A stretch of 63,691 nucleotides of DNA, counting the filler, from an uncultured bacterium (GTDB lineage: Bacteria; CAYUVA01), in the NCBI GenBank assembly GCA_964448115.1. It is 6 parts of 4 records of this genome, joined end to end, with 100 filler letters (N's around TTAATTAATTAA, not from the genome) between each part and the next. Parts side by side here need not be neighbours in the genome. Positions count along the whole stretch, not along the records: positions 1 to 15,920 come from CAYUVA010000012.1; positions 16,021 to 24,370 come from CAYUVA010000013.1; 4 more parts are not named here. The stretch is one strand, 5' to 3'. Position numbers and translations under genes: made by a program. Shown one piece after another: positions 8,796-19,242 of the stretch. Position 1 is the first letter of the stretch. Every line of letters starts with the position of its first letter. The notes beneath the pieces were generated by a model. The model was not told the origin of the DNA. It did no database searches and saw only the letters and a program-made list of their open reading frames with translations.

Positions 8796-11700
8796 ATTCG
8801 CTGAAATTTAGTGGCGCTTTAAGGACGGTAACTATCTGCTCGATCAGTCTTTCCATGTTGAAAAGTTTATCCCTGGCAAGGAACCTAACCAAGGGATTGT
8901 GCAGCAGGGCATTCAACTCCTCATCTTCGCTCAACATCGAAACCAGGACAGTAGGTATGAGCAGCCGCTTGTTTTCAAGCTCTTGCATGACCTCCAAGCC
9001 GCTGGTTCCCTGGAGCACGAAATCGAGCAGTTGAACATCAGGTTCCCTGGTCGATATCAGCTCTGGTACAGCATCACCTTTGTCATTTAAGATCGTTTCT
9101 GCTGGCAATCTAAGCAAAACTTCCTTGAAAAATTCACGATTTTCTGGAACATCGTCGGTAACCAAGATGGTCTTAAGGTTCGATCTTAATAATTTAAGGG
9201 TCAGTATATCCTGCATCAACTGCTGGTTTGAGGGGAGTCTTGTATATCGTCTGAACGCGTACCTGTATCTTGGTGGCAGCTTTTCGCCATGTTTGTGAAT
9301 GATGATAAGCCCGAGGCGATGGCGCGGCTCAGTAGCTAACCGTTCATCCAATCGGTTAAGGCTATCAGGTTCAATAAGTGATGTGTCAAGCAACGCCCAC
9401 TTTAGATCCTCGCCGAAGATTATCTCCTCCAGATCTTCACCAGCCTTAACAAACCTGGCTTTCACTTTATCTGATAAGGTTTGTAAAACAAGGTGAACCT
9501 TGGGGTTCATTGAGGCAACTAGAATAGGTTCATCCGAAGCCATATAAGGTATCCTTCGTTGGAGCATCGCTTTTCTTACCTCTTTTACGGACTCTGAATG
9601 GAAATGTTCACCCAGCTTTTTCTTTAGCCAATCCATCTTGAAGGGTTTAATGATAAACTGGGAGGCTCCTTGGGAAATTACCTTGTTTTTTATGTTATTG
9701 GATAGTTGTCCACTCATTACCCATATCGTAGTTTCCCTGAATGGTAAGTGTTCCCTGATCTTTTTCAATAACTCGATCCCCTTGCTATCGGAGAGGTTGA
9801 TATCCAGCAGAATAAGATCGATCCTCTCCGAGGGCTGAAATGCAATCGCCTCCGACAGGCTGTAAACCTGCAAGATATTGAAATGTGCGGAGAGGGTAAA
9901 TTTTAATAGATTCTGCAGCTCTGTATTATCCTCGATTATAAGGATATTAGGTTTTCTATGTATCTTGGATACGACTTTAGTTGTGATTGGTGTTTGCATC
10001 TCAGCAGAATCGCTAACCGGCTCATCCATGGATGAGTCTCCCTGCTCATCGTGCTCGAATGTCTGGGTAACCTTGATATATTTCAGAGGCTCCTCGACCA
10101 GGATCTGTTTGATATCCAGTTCCTTATCAATAATTCCATATTTAACTGCCAGATGGATGGTTTCTCCGAGGAGCTTCTTATCGAAATTGATGATATCCTC
10201 CCATGGCGTTTTCTTATAGTAATGAAGACATTGTTCCAGTATTTCAGCAGGGACCAGAATGATACCTGATAGATCTTGAATAACCTGTTTATCGTTTTCA
10301 TGCAGCTTTTTATATCCCTTGAGTATTTCGTTGACTAGGAGCCGGGTAATGCTATTATTAGCCCGGAGGTAGTCAGCGGTAATGAACAGTCCATGGTTAT
10401 AGCCTTGCGTCTCCAAGCCCTCGAGCGTAATCTGCTTGCCGATCCCCTCGCTCAGGGCGATGCGACCCCAGACACAATCAAGGATGGCAAGGTCAACCTT
10501 TTTCCTGTCCAGCATATCGAAGATCTGCGGTTCAGTAGCATATTCAACAGTAAGGTCATTATGTAAGTTTAGTTTCAATAATTTTAGATATCTGTTCAGA
10601 TTCAAATTGCAGCTTGAGTATCTAGACCCTACTACTATCGTTTTATTTCGCCAGAAACTAGGGGCAGCAGGCAATGGAATCCTAGTTTGCTGCAGTGTGT
10701 TACTTACCGTTATGCATTCATTCTGGTAGAAAGGATATATCAGCTTTAATGCCGAGCCATTCGATATCAGGTGAAATCCTTGCAGCAGCGGCATTATGAT
10801 TACATCCGCTTTATTTTTTGAAATCCAATTGGCAATGGTCTGCTCATCTACATACTCGCGGGTATCTAAAATAATATTCTCCTTGTAGGAAACCTCTGAT
10901 GTAAATAAATTTGATAAGGGAAATATTTCCAGGCTTTTCTTCATTGCAATCCTGCATTTGCTAGGGGTATCGATCGGTTTATCTGCCAAAGGCAATGTAA
11001 AGTAGAATGTGCTTCCCTTGCCCGGCTTACTTTTTACGGCAATCATACCCTTATGTTTCTCAATTATAATTTTTGATATTGCTAGTCCAAGCCCAGAGCC
11101 CTGTATGGCGGATGCTTGTTTTAATAATGGCGAGACCCTAAAAAATGGCTCGAAGATCCGATCCTGGAAGTGAGCAGGAATCCCGATGCCGTTGTCGGTA
11201 ACCGAGACCTTGACATGTTCACCAGATTCCTTTGCCATTACGCTTACTGAGCCATTTTCGCTAGCATATTTGATGCCGTTGGAGATCAAATTATAAAGGA
11301 CTTGTCTTATTCTAAGGGGATCTGCCATTGCTTGCAGGCGCTCGCTGGTCGGCATTGCTCGTAATGTGATGTTAGAAACGTCCGCCTCTGCCTTTAGATC
11401 GTTTACCGCCTCGGTAATAAGCTCGTTTACATCGACCAATTCGGGCACAATCTTGAGACCATCGCTCTTCATTCTAGCCAGATCGAGCATATCATCGACC
11501 ATGCGTCGCAAGGTCGCCATCTGACGATCTATGGACTCGAAGATATTATGATCTTCATCTGTGAGCCTGGCGTATAGGCTTGACTTAAGTATATCCAGGT
11601 AGCCGAAGATATTGGTCAACGGGGTCCTGAACTCGTGTGAGATCATTGCTGGTAGCTCTTCGATTGCCTTTTGTCGCTTCACATGGGATGAGATGTTCTC

Positions 11701-14445
11701 CAGGGCTATGAGCAATCCCTCAAATCTTTTATTCTCTCCACATAGTCCGACTATCTGAGCCTTCAGATATTGGGGCTTGTCTCTGGGGTCATCCTTGAAC
11801 TCGAACCTTACTATTTCCTTTTGTTGTGGGTTATCACGCACCTTCAGGATCGCGCTTTTAAACAAAGCAGCCCCTGGGATATCCAGTATATTGCTGTGCA
11901 TGATATGCCTATCTTGGACTCCCAGGTAATGTCTTGCATGATTATTTATACTTTTGATCAATAGGTTAGCGCCGCAGATGACCAAACCACTAGGAAAAAG
12001 ATCAACCAAATGCAACAAAGCGTTGTGCTCATCAATATACCTTTTCTGCAAGAGTCTCATGGAGTCGGATTGTTGCTGAAGAAGTTTATTGAGCTTAAGT
12101 TGACTCAAGGTTCTGCTTGATTCTTGATATATAAGGCGCATATTACGAATATCCTCTATATCCGGCTTGTAATTAGCGTCGTAAATCGCCACCAGCAATG
12201 ACAATAGTTGTTTTTTAGTCGCTAGAGGAGCTAAGAATAATGCATTTGACTCGCCAGCAGGGAAATGCTTTTGCAGGTGTTTTAAAAAAGCCCTTAATCC
12301 CAACGATTGGAATTCATCTTGTAACTGGTTAGCTTTGCCAGAAAGCAGGATCTGCTGATCTTGACTTAGTATCTCCAGATATCCATACCCCTCGACGGTT
12401 TCTGGCTCTATGCCGATGAAATGTATCAGCTGATAAGCCTCCAGTGATTCATTGTAATCGTAGGCTAGCATGCACCTGGTGGGAAACAGGTTATTCAAGG
12501 TTTTGAGCAATTGTGAGTAAAGCTCTGCCTCAACGGTAACCTCGTTGAATTTGTCAAGCATTTTGCGGATTTCAGCATGTTTTGTCTGCATGAGGTGAAG
12601 GGTATCCTGGAGTGCCTTTCTTTCAGTTAAAGGTTTTAATGTAACAATAATGCATTCATTTTTCTCTATCTCGATTTTTTTCCAAGATACTTTAAGCAAA
12701 ATAGGCTGATCAGCAGCATTATAAAATGATTCCTCAAACCCTCCCTCTGCGTTACCGGATAACCTATCCCAGGGATTATCACGACCAGGCTTATAAAGGA
12801 GGGTTTTTATCCTGTTTCCTTTGCAATTACTCGTATCCAATGAGATCAGTCGTGCTGCCTTTTGGTTGATCACCTCGACCCTTAGCTTTTGGTTCACTAT
12901 CACCGCCGCGATGGGGATCGTCTCGACCAAGTCGCTAAGAGATAAGTCAGCACTGCCGGCATCGATCTTAAGCTCCCTTATGATTAGAGCTAAGCGAGCT
13001 TTTTGCCTTGTCTGCATTGAGGACAAAGCGGTCTGCACCCTGATAAAATCTTGATTTCTTCCCTTAAGATCAGCGATGAACGGCATGCCTGCGCCTGTTG
13101 GATTATTGATAGCCTCCCGAAGTAGTTTGCAACCTTCTTTGCTGAACAGGTAATCAACCGGAAAACCCTCGACCTCGGATGGCTGATAGCCAGTTAGCTC
13201 AAGAAATCTATCATTGACCTTGATTATTCTATTATCAGGGGGATTTAATAATATTATCCCAAATAGGGGATTGTTGAATATAAGATCAAGATCTCGCTCG
13301 CTCTCGATACAAGTATTTTGCAGCCTCGCAAGCTCGCTCAGCGTCTGCTGGGAAAACTCGGTAAACCGGGACAAGATGCCCCGCGAGGGAAGTGGCACCG
13401 AATCAACAGGTTGCTGCTTGTTTCTCAGGGCGCCCAGGTAGTTATAGAGCGATTTTATCGGCTTTGCCACGCTGGTGGATAATAGGAATGCGGATATTAT
13501 GCCAACGAGAAACAATACTGAGATCCATAAATAATTTATATTCTCTGTATTATAGTTAAGTAAAATAGCTGCTGCTAATAAAAGCCCCATAACGACCACC
13601 AGGTTTCTGAAGGTAAGCGAGCTTTTGAACAATCGCATGGGACTGGAGGGGAGGGATTTATCATATTCACCAAAGACAAGCAGGCATAATAGGTAAAGAT
13701 ATAACAACAGGGATAAATCTACTAAAAAATAAAGAATGAAAAGATTGCTGATCAAGTATCCCAATGTGAGAAAGCTGCCTGATACATTGATCAGACCTAA
13801 ATAAAAAATAGTCTTCCCCTTGGAATGCTCAGTTGTATGGCGCTCTTGTTGCCGGGCATAATCATAGCCTAGATAGCTAATGCTTCCCCAGACCACTATC
13901 CAATAGAAGACGAGCAACATTAGATATGCATAACTTGATTTATCGAACTCAAGGAAAACTTCTTTAGAAACGGGGATGGTCTTTAATGGAAAATAGATCG
14001 AGAATATAATTAAAATAAACGAGGATAGACCTAGAACCAAAGAGCCTTTGAACGAATATACATAATCGATTATCGAAGTACAGTATCGAAAGACAAAACA
14101 AAGATGTATTATGATGGCAGCCGTGAAAAGATGGTAGGATAGCACTGATATGTCGGTATTACTGTAAAGATATGCCAGATTGCTCAGCAGCAAGGTACAC
14201 CCAAAAGCGGATGTTGCCAATAGCGGAGGAAATGCTTTTGGAATTGTGCTTTCCTTGGCGGCAAGCTGTGGTTGCAGCACCCTGGCAGCAAGGCACAAAG
14301 GTACAAAGGCGATCAGCGAATCGATAAAAAGAATGGATATCGTATGAATGCCTTCCATCGCTTTACCTTGAACCTGCTTGTTAATAATATAGCAAACTCC
14401 TTTACTTATACCACGAGAGTAGATATAAGAAAATTCTTGATTCAA
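8794..14445 (-). CDS. Giant membrane hybrid histidine kinase (multi-TM, PAS/GAF-like, HisKA-HATPase, solute-binding-like domain, multiple REC)
   Basis: SHEFRTPL H-box, NLISNGIKY, DNGIGIP, GSGLGL; REC motifs ILIIEDN..LLDINL..KPF and ILVTDD..LLDFVL; start codon uncertain. Confidence 0.88.
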   Translation of the reverse strand: MNQEFSYIYSRGISKGVCYIINKQVQGKAMEGIHTISILFIDSLIAFVPLCLAARVLQPQLAAKESTIPKAFPPLLATSAFGCTLLLSNLAYLYSNTDISVLSYHLFTAAIIIHLCFVFRYCTSIIDYVYSFKGSLVLGLSSFILIIFSIYFPLKTIPVSKEVFLEFDKSSYAYLMLLVFYWIVVWGSISYLGYDYARQQERHTTEHSKGKTIFYLGLINVSGSFLTLGYLISNLFILYFLVDLSLLLYLYLLCLLVFGEYDKSLPSSPMRLFKSSLTFRNLVVVMGLLLAAAILLNYNTENINYLWISVLFLVGIISAFLLSTSVAKPIKSLYNYLGALRNKQQPVDSVPLPSRGILSRFTEFSQQTLSELARLQNTCIESERDLDLIFNNPLFGIILLNPPDNRIIKVNDRFLELTGYQPSEVEGFPVDYLFSKEGCKLLREAINNPTGAGMPFIADLKGRNQDFIRVQTALSSMQTRQKARLALIIRELKIDAGSADLSLSDLVETIPIAAVIVNQKLRVEVINQKAARLISLDTSNCKGNRIKTLLYKPGRDNPWDRLSGNAEGGFEESFYNAADQPILLKVSWKKIEIEKNECIIVTLKPLTERKALQDTLHLMQTKHAEIRKMLDKFNEVTVEAELYSQLLKTLNNLFPTRCMLAYDYNESLEAYQLIHFIGIEPETVEGYGYLEILSQDQQILLSGKANQLQDEFQSLGLRAFLKHLQKHFPAGESNALFLAPLATKKQLLSLLVAIYDANYKPDIEDIRNMRLIYQESSRTLSQLKLNKLLQQQSDSMRLLQKRYIDEHNALLHLVDLFPSGLVICGANLLIKSINNHARHYLGVQDRHIMHSNILDIPGAALFKSAILKVRDNPQQKEIVRFEFKDDPRDKPQYLKAQIVGLCGENKRFEGLLIALENISSHVKRQKAIEELPAMISHEFRTPLTNIFGYLDILKSSLYARLTDEDHNIFESIDRQMATLRRMVDDMLDLARMKSDGLKIVPELVDVNELITEAVNDLKAEADVSNITLRAMPTSERLQAMADPLRIRQVLYNLISNGIKYASENGSVSVMAKESGEHVKVSVTDNGIGIPAHFQDRIFEPFFRVSPLLKQASAIQGSGLGLAISKIIIEKHKGMIAVKSKPGKGSTFYFTLPLADKPIDTPSKCRIAMKKSLEIFPLSNLFTSEVSYKENIILDTREYVDEQTIANWISKNKADVIIMPLLQGFHLISNGSALKLIYPFYQNECITVSNTLQQTRIPLPAAPSFWRNKTIVVGSRYSSCNLNLNRYLKLLKLNLHNDLTVEYATEPQIFDMLDRKKVDLAILDCVWGRIALSEGIGKQITLEGLETQGYNHGLFITADYLRANNSITRLLVNEILKGYKKLHENDKQVIQDLSGIILVPAEILEQCLHYYKKTPWEDIINFDKKLLGETIHLAVKYGIIDKELDIKQILVEEPLKYIKVTQTFEHDEQGDSSMDEPVSDSAEMQTPITTKVVSKIHRKPNILIIEDNTELQNLLKFTLSAHFNILQVYSLSEAIAFQPSERIDLILLDINLSDSKGIELLKKIREHLPFRETTIWVMSGQLSNNIKNKVISQGASQFIIKPFKMDWLKKKLGEHFHSESVKEVRKAMLQRRIPYMASDEPILVASMNPKVHLVLQTLSDKVKARFVKAGEDLEEIIFGEDLKWALLDTSLIEPDSLNRLDERLATEPRHRLGLIIIHKHGEKLPPRYRYAFRRYTRLPSNQQLMQDILTLKLLRSNLKTILVTDDVPENREFFKEVLLRLPAETILNDKGDAVPELISTREPDVQLLDFVLQGTSGLEVMQELENKRLLIPTVLVSMLSEDEELNALLHNPLVRFLARDKLFNMERLIEQIVTVLKAPLNFSE

Positions 14446-14532
14446 AGGATATTTGATATCTGCTCAAGATTACGATAGCGAGCTTCATTATCAAGGTGGG
14501 AGACTAAATGATATACACAACTGCTGTGCAAC

Positions 14533-15920
14533 ATGAAAAAGGATACTAGGATAAGATATATTTTGCCAGGTTTTTTCTTTGCCTTGTATTTGTCAAGTGG
14601 CATGGGACATCTTAACGAGCTGCCCCTTGGTGAGCATTCCTGGAAGCAATTCGATGATCTTTGCATTGCCAGAGAGTATAGCATCGGCGCACGATTCTTC
14701 TATCCGCAGGTGCCCTGGGGCGGACCTGGCGGCGGTACAATCGGCAGCGAGTTCCCGATTTACACATACTTAGTCGGTGCATTATGGAGGATAGCAGGCG
14801 AGAATGTATTCATCCCAAGGATATTATGCTTAGTTTTCACATCCTTGACAGCGGCGATCCTTTGCCTGCTAGCCATTGATTTGTTTGGCATAGTTGCAGC
14901 CATTTTTACATCGCTGGCATTCATCTTTTGCCCGTTAAACTATTACTTCGGCAAGGCGATCTCGATAGAGCCGTTGATGATATTGACCTCCGTGGCATCA
15001 TTTTATTTTTTTTTACGATGTCGCTTAGATCCAAACAGAAATTCACTGGTTGCTGCTGTTTTTCTGCTTAGCCTAACTGCCTTACTTAAGCTCCCCAACT
15101 TGTTTTTATTGCTGCCGGCGCTGATAGTACTAAAAGGCAAGGATGATATCTACTCACTGATAAAAAAGCCTTGCTTGTACGCCATCTTGCTCGTAGTCAT
15201 TACTCCTGCGTTCTTCTGGTATCGCCACGCCTTCTGGATAGCAGATAATATGGAGCCTGGTGTTATATTTGGCAGGGATCTCTGGTTTCGCTTCGATATG
15301 TTGCTTAAGCCCGGGTTCTACCTTCAAGTTTTCGACCTGGTGAACCGCAAGGGCTTGACTCCGGCTGGGCTGATATTGATGATAATTGGAATACTTCCAT
15401 TCTCTAAGCCGAATAATGAGTTTGGATTTAAGATTGTACGATACTGGCTGCTCGGTTTCATGGTTTACCTGATTATTGGTGCAAAGGGCTGTTTTATCCA
15501 TACTTACTACTTCCTTCCCTTGATCCCGCCAGCGTGCCTTGCAATAGGTATAGGGGCTGAGAGGCTGTGGAATCTGCAAAAACAGGCTAAAGTAAATATT
15601 GTACTAAGAGTGATGGTCATCTTGGCATTCGGTACCCTTATCTATAAAGGTGCGGTGCGCGGGGAGCGATGGTTCGATATTCAGCAAGACAAGCAGCATG
15701 TTTTCGATGCCGCTTATTTTGCAAAGGAGTTCATTCCGAAAGATTCTGCCGTTGCCTTGTTAGAATATCCACGCCTGACCAATATCCCCGCATTCTTCTA
15801 TCTGTCTGATACTAGCGGAATGGTCTTCACCCCGGAGAACTTCAAGCCTGAACAGCTCATCGAGTTGGCAGCATTGGGATACGAGTACCTGGTCGCTGCC
15901 ATACAACAAGGCAAATCATC
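14533..15920 (+). CDS. GT-C membrane glycosyltransferase (ArnT/GT39-like), 3' truncated by gap
   Basis: Polytopic membrane protein, HSWKQFDD acidic loop, EFPIY, YYFLPLIPP. Confidence 0.75.
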
Positions 15921-16020
15921 NNNNNNNNNNNNNNNNNNNNNNNNNNNNNNNNNNNNNNNNNNNNTTAATTAATTAANNNNNNNNNNNNNNNNNNNNNNNN
16001 NNNNNNNNNNNNNNNNNNNN
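15921..16020. other. Artificial contig linker (same at 24371-24470, 39221-39320, 43273-43372, 59637-59736)
   Basis: N runs flanking TTAATTAATTAA, which gives stops in all six frames. Confidence 0.99.
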
Positions 16021-16024
16021 ATTG

Positions 16025-16316
16025 AACCACAAAGGCACTAAGGCACGAAGAGGAAAGTGGTACCGTGGTACCGTGGTACCGTCTTTGTGGCTTTGTGTCT
16101 TCGTGGTTAATCAACTTGTTTTAAACCACTGTAGGGGCAGGGCTTGTCCCTGCCCTTTTTAGGGCAACCGCAAGGGTTGCCCCTACTAAGGCAAGAAGCG
16201 AACCATACCTCACCCCATGTCATTCCGACCGAGCTTGTTTTGATTTATTCGGAACAAGCGAGTGGAGGAATCCACTAAAATCCAATGCCTTGAATAGATC
16301 CCTCGACTCGCTCGCT
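16025..16316. repeat. Cluster of palindromic extragenic repeats (REP-like)
   Basis: AACCACAAAGGCAC..GTGTCTTCGTGGTT hairpin with (GTGGTACC)3; GTAGGGGCA..TGCCCCTAC REP doublet at 16131-16186; TGTCATTCCGACCGAG..GAGGAATC..GATCCCTCGACT unit. Confidence 0.75.
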
Positions 16317-16439
16317 TAACATGTTATGCTCCAAGTACCAATAAAATCAATGGCTCATGTTAGCATCACTTAAGCTGGCGTTCAATGGTGAATTTCGCTT
16401 ATAATTGTTTTATAGTCTATCGCTAGGGAGCATAAAAAA

Positions 16440-17780
16440 ATGAATATCATCATTGTTGGCGCTGGTGATGTTGGGATTCACCTGGCGGAGATACTTTCGT
16501 CCCAGGAGCACAACCTGACCATCATCGAGAGCGACCATGAGAAGATAAGGCGCATCGAGGAGAGGCTTGATGTTCAATTTCTCCACGGAAGCGGTGCCAG
16601 TGTAAAAATACTCCAGCTTGCCTGGAGCGAGTTTTGCGACCTGGTGATCGCAGTTACCAACAATGACGAGGTAAATATGCTAGCCTCGTTGATCAGCAAG
16701 CACCTGGGCGCCAAATATACTATAACCAGGATCTCCAACCAGGACTACCTGATCGGCTCCCGGTCATATTATCTTGATCAATTCGGCATCGATCTCATCA
16801 TATCCCCCCCATCGTTGACTGCTCTTGAGATTACCAAGATAATCCTGAGCGGTGGTCTTGTCGCCATCGAAGAGTTCGCATCGCATCGGGTTACCATGCT
16901 GCAAGCTAATATAGCTGCAAACTCGAAGCTAATTTCTGCTCCTTTGAAGGATCTACCAATGCCCAAGAACTGCCTGGTGGTCAGCATCGAGAGAAACGGG
17001 GATTTACTCATTCCAAAGGGAGATGATCAGCTTGCCCCTGGAGACCTTGTCTCGATCGTAACTCCGTCCAAGGATGTAAAAAATGTACAGAGACGCTTCG
17101 GAATTTCTTCAAGACAAGAGGTGCGAAAAGCGATCATAGTAGGTGGAAATGAGACCGCTTACCTGACTGCCAAAAACCTTGAAGCCAGGAACCTCGATGT
17201 CAAGATGATAGTAAAGAAACCGCAGCGATGCATTGAGCTATCCAAAGCCTTGAAAAAGACGGTGATCATAAATGGCGATGGGGCAAACCTTGCACTGCTT
17301 GAGGATGAGAATGTTGCTGGTTGTGATGTATTTGTAGCTATGAGTCAGATCGATGAGATCAATGCACTATCCAGCCTGATTGCAAAGCAACAACTGGCAG
17401 CCAAAAAGGTGATAGCAGTAACCGAGAAATCTGAATACACTCACCTGATAAAGAGTCTGGGGATCGATGTGGCAATCAGTCCGAAGCAGATAACCGCCGG
17501 CAAGATTCTCAATTTTATCCGCCACGGCAATATAGCGAGCGCAGCCATAATCGCTGATGGCAAGGGCGAGGTCCTAGAATTCTTCGTCTCCTCGTCAAGT
17601 CCGGCTGCCAATAAGGCACTTAAAGATATAAAATTCCCCAAGGGCGCTCTTGCCAGTGCTATAGTTGACGGTAACCGGGCTTATGTGCCCAAGGGTGATG
17701 ACATCATAAAGCCTGGCAACACTTTGGTCGTCTTCGCCAAGACAGAGAGCATCCCAAAGTTATCAGCCCTGTTCAGATGA
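16440..17780 (+). CDS. trkA: Trk potassium uptake NAD-binding subunit
   Basis: Two RCK_N/RCK_C pairs, IIIVGAGDVG; overlaps trkH start. Confidence 0.95.
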   Translation: MNIIIVGAGDVGIHLAEILSSQEHNLTIIESDHEKIRRIEERLDVQFLHGSGASVKILQLAWSEFCDLVIAVTNNDEVNMLASLISKHLGAKYTITRISNQDYLIGSRSYYLDQFGIDLIISPPSLTALEITKIILSGGLVAIEEFASHRVTMLQANIAANSKLISAPLKDLPMPKNCLVVSIERNGDLLIPKGDDQLAPGDLVSIVTPSKDVKNVQRRFGISSRQEVRKAIIVGGNETAYLTAKNLEARNLDVKMIVKKPQRCIELSKALKKTVIINGDGANLALLEDENVAGCDVFVAMSQIDEINALSSLIAKQQLAAKKVIAVTEKSEYTHLIKSLGIDVAISPKQITAGKILNFIRHGNIASAAIIADGKGEVLEFFVSSSSPAANKALKDIKFPKGALASAIVDGNRAYVPKGDDIIKPGNTLVVFAKTESIPKLSALFR

Positions 17781-19225
17781 TACGATCCAAGCCAATAGCG
17801 AAGATGCTCGGGATCCTGATGCTCATCCTCTCAGCATTCATGGCAACCTCGAATTTATGGTCGCTTTACTATAGAGAGCAATCAACCATAATCGGCATCC
17901 TGAGGGCGAATTCAATCCTTGTAATGGTCGCTATTGCTTTTTATTTTTATGGGCGTTCCTTCAAGGGACTGATTTCCAGGAAAGAGGCTTTGATTGTTGT
18001 TGGCTTCGGCTGGTTTTTAGCCGGCGCACTAGGCTCATTGCCATATTTATTCTGCGGGGTTTTTGACAGCTTCACAGATGCCTTTTTCGAGACCGTTTCA
18101 GGTTTTACAACTACCGGCTCCACGGTACTTAGCGATATTGAATCTGTCCCCAAGGGTATCCTGTTCTGGAGGAGCCTGACGCAGTGGCTCGGTGGAATGG
18201 GTATAATCGTTCTGTTCGTTGCTGTACTACCTCATCTGGGATTCAGCGGGAAGGTCTTGTTCAAGCATGAGATCCCTGGACCTTTGCCGGAGAACCTTCG
18301 ACCCAGGATCAAGGAGACTGCCAGGGCGTTATGGAAGATATACCTCGGATTCTCGGCGGCAGAGACTATGCTGCTTATGCTTGGGGGGATGAATCTATTC
18401 GATGCACTATGTCATACCTTCAGCACCATGTCCACTGGCGGTTACTCGACCAAGAATGCCAGCATCGGGCACTTTAACTCGGAATATATCGAACTGATAG
18501 TGATTATCTTTATGTTCATCGCAGGCGTGAACTTCTCGCTCTATTATTCGAGTTTCAAGGGCAATATCAAAATCTTTGCCAGGGACATCGAGTTCAGGGT
18601 TTACTTTTGCATCCTGGCAGTTAGCATCCTTTTTCTTATGCTCGACATCCATCATATTCATTCAGGGGTATGGGAGTCGTTGCGCTATGGTGCATTTCAG
18701 GCGGTGGCCATAGCAACTACTACAGGCTTCGGCACCGATAACTTCAACCTGTACCCAGATGCTTCTCGCATTTTACTGGTGGTGCTGATGTTCATCGGGG
18801 GCTGTGCTGGTTCGACCGGCGGTGGAATGAAGGTCTTCAGGGTGATTGTGCTTGTCAAGCTCGCTAAACGGGAGATAATCAAGATCTTCCATCCCAATCG
18901 GGTAATACAGATCCGAATCGGTGGAGTAGTTTTGGATGATGCATTGGTCTCACTTATCGGCGGGTATTTTATCATCTTCATTTTAATATTCGTATTGGGT
19001 TCTTTATTTATGAGCCTTCTTGGGCTTGATATTATCACTGCCTCTTCCAGCGTCATTGCTACCTTGTCCAACATCGGTCCTGGCTTGGAGAAGGTTGGCT
19101 CCATAGAGAACTACGCCTTTATCCCCGACATGGGCAAGCTATTTCTGTCGCTATGCATGGTCCTGGGTAGGCTGGAGCTGTTTGCGATAATGGTGCTCTT
19201 CATTCCCGATTTCTGGAGAAAATAG
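17777..19225 (+). CDS. trkH: Trk potassium uptake membrane subunit
   Basis: SGFTTTG, STGG, TTTGF, GGCAGSTGGG, GRLE pore motifs. Confidence 0.95.
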   Translation: MIRSKPIAKMLGILMLILSAFMATSNLWSLYYREQSTIIGILRANSILVMVAIAFYFYGRSFKGLISRKEALIVVGFGWFLAGALGSLPYLFCGVFDSFTDAFFETVSGFTTTGSTVLSDIESVPKGILFWRSLTQWLGGMGIIVLFVAVLPHLGFSGKVLFKHEIPGPLPENLRPRIKETARALWKIYLGFSAAETMLLMLGGMNLFDALCHTFSTMSTGGYSTKNASIGHFNSEYIELIVIIFMFIAGVNFSLYYSSFKGNIKIFARDIEFRVYFCILAVSILFLMLDIHHIHSGVWESLRYGAFQAVAIATTTGFGTDNFNLYPDASRILLVVLMFIGGCAGSTGGGMKVFRVIVLVKLAKREIIKIFHPNRVIQIRIGGVVLDDALVSLIGGYFIIFILIFVLGSLFMSLLGLDIITASSSVIATLSNIGPGLEKVGSIENYAFIPDMGKLFLSLCMVLGRLELFAIMVLFIPDFWRK

Positions 19226-19242
19226 TCAAGGAAACCAACAGG

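Noticed and set aside
15921-16020. Recurrent TTAATTAATTAA palindrome
   Set aside because: Synthetic six-frame-stop linker inside N gaps
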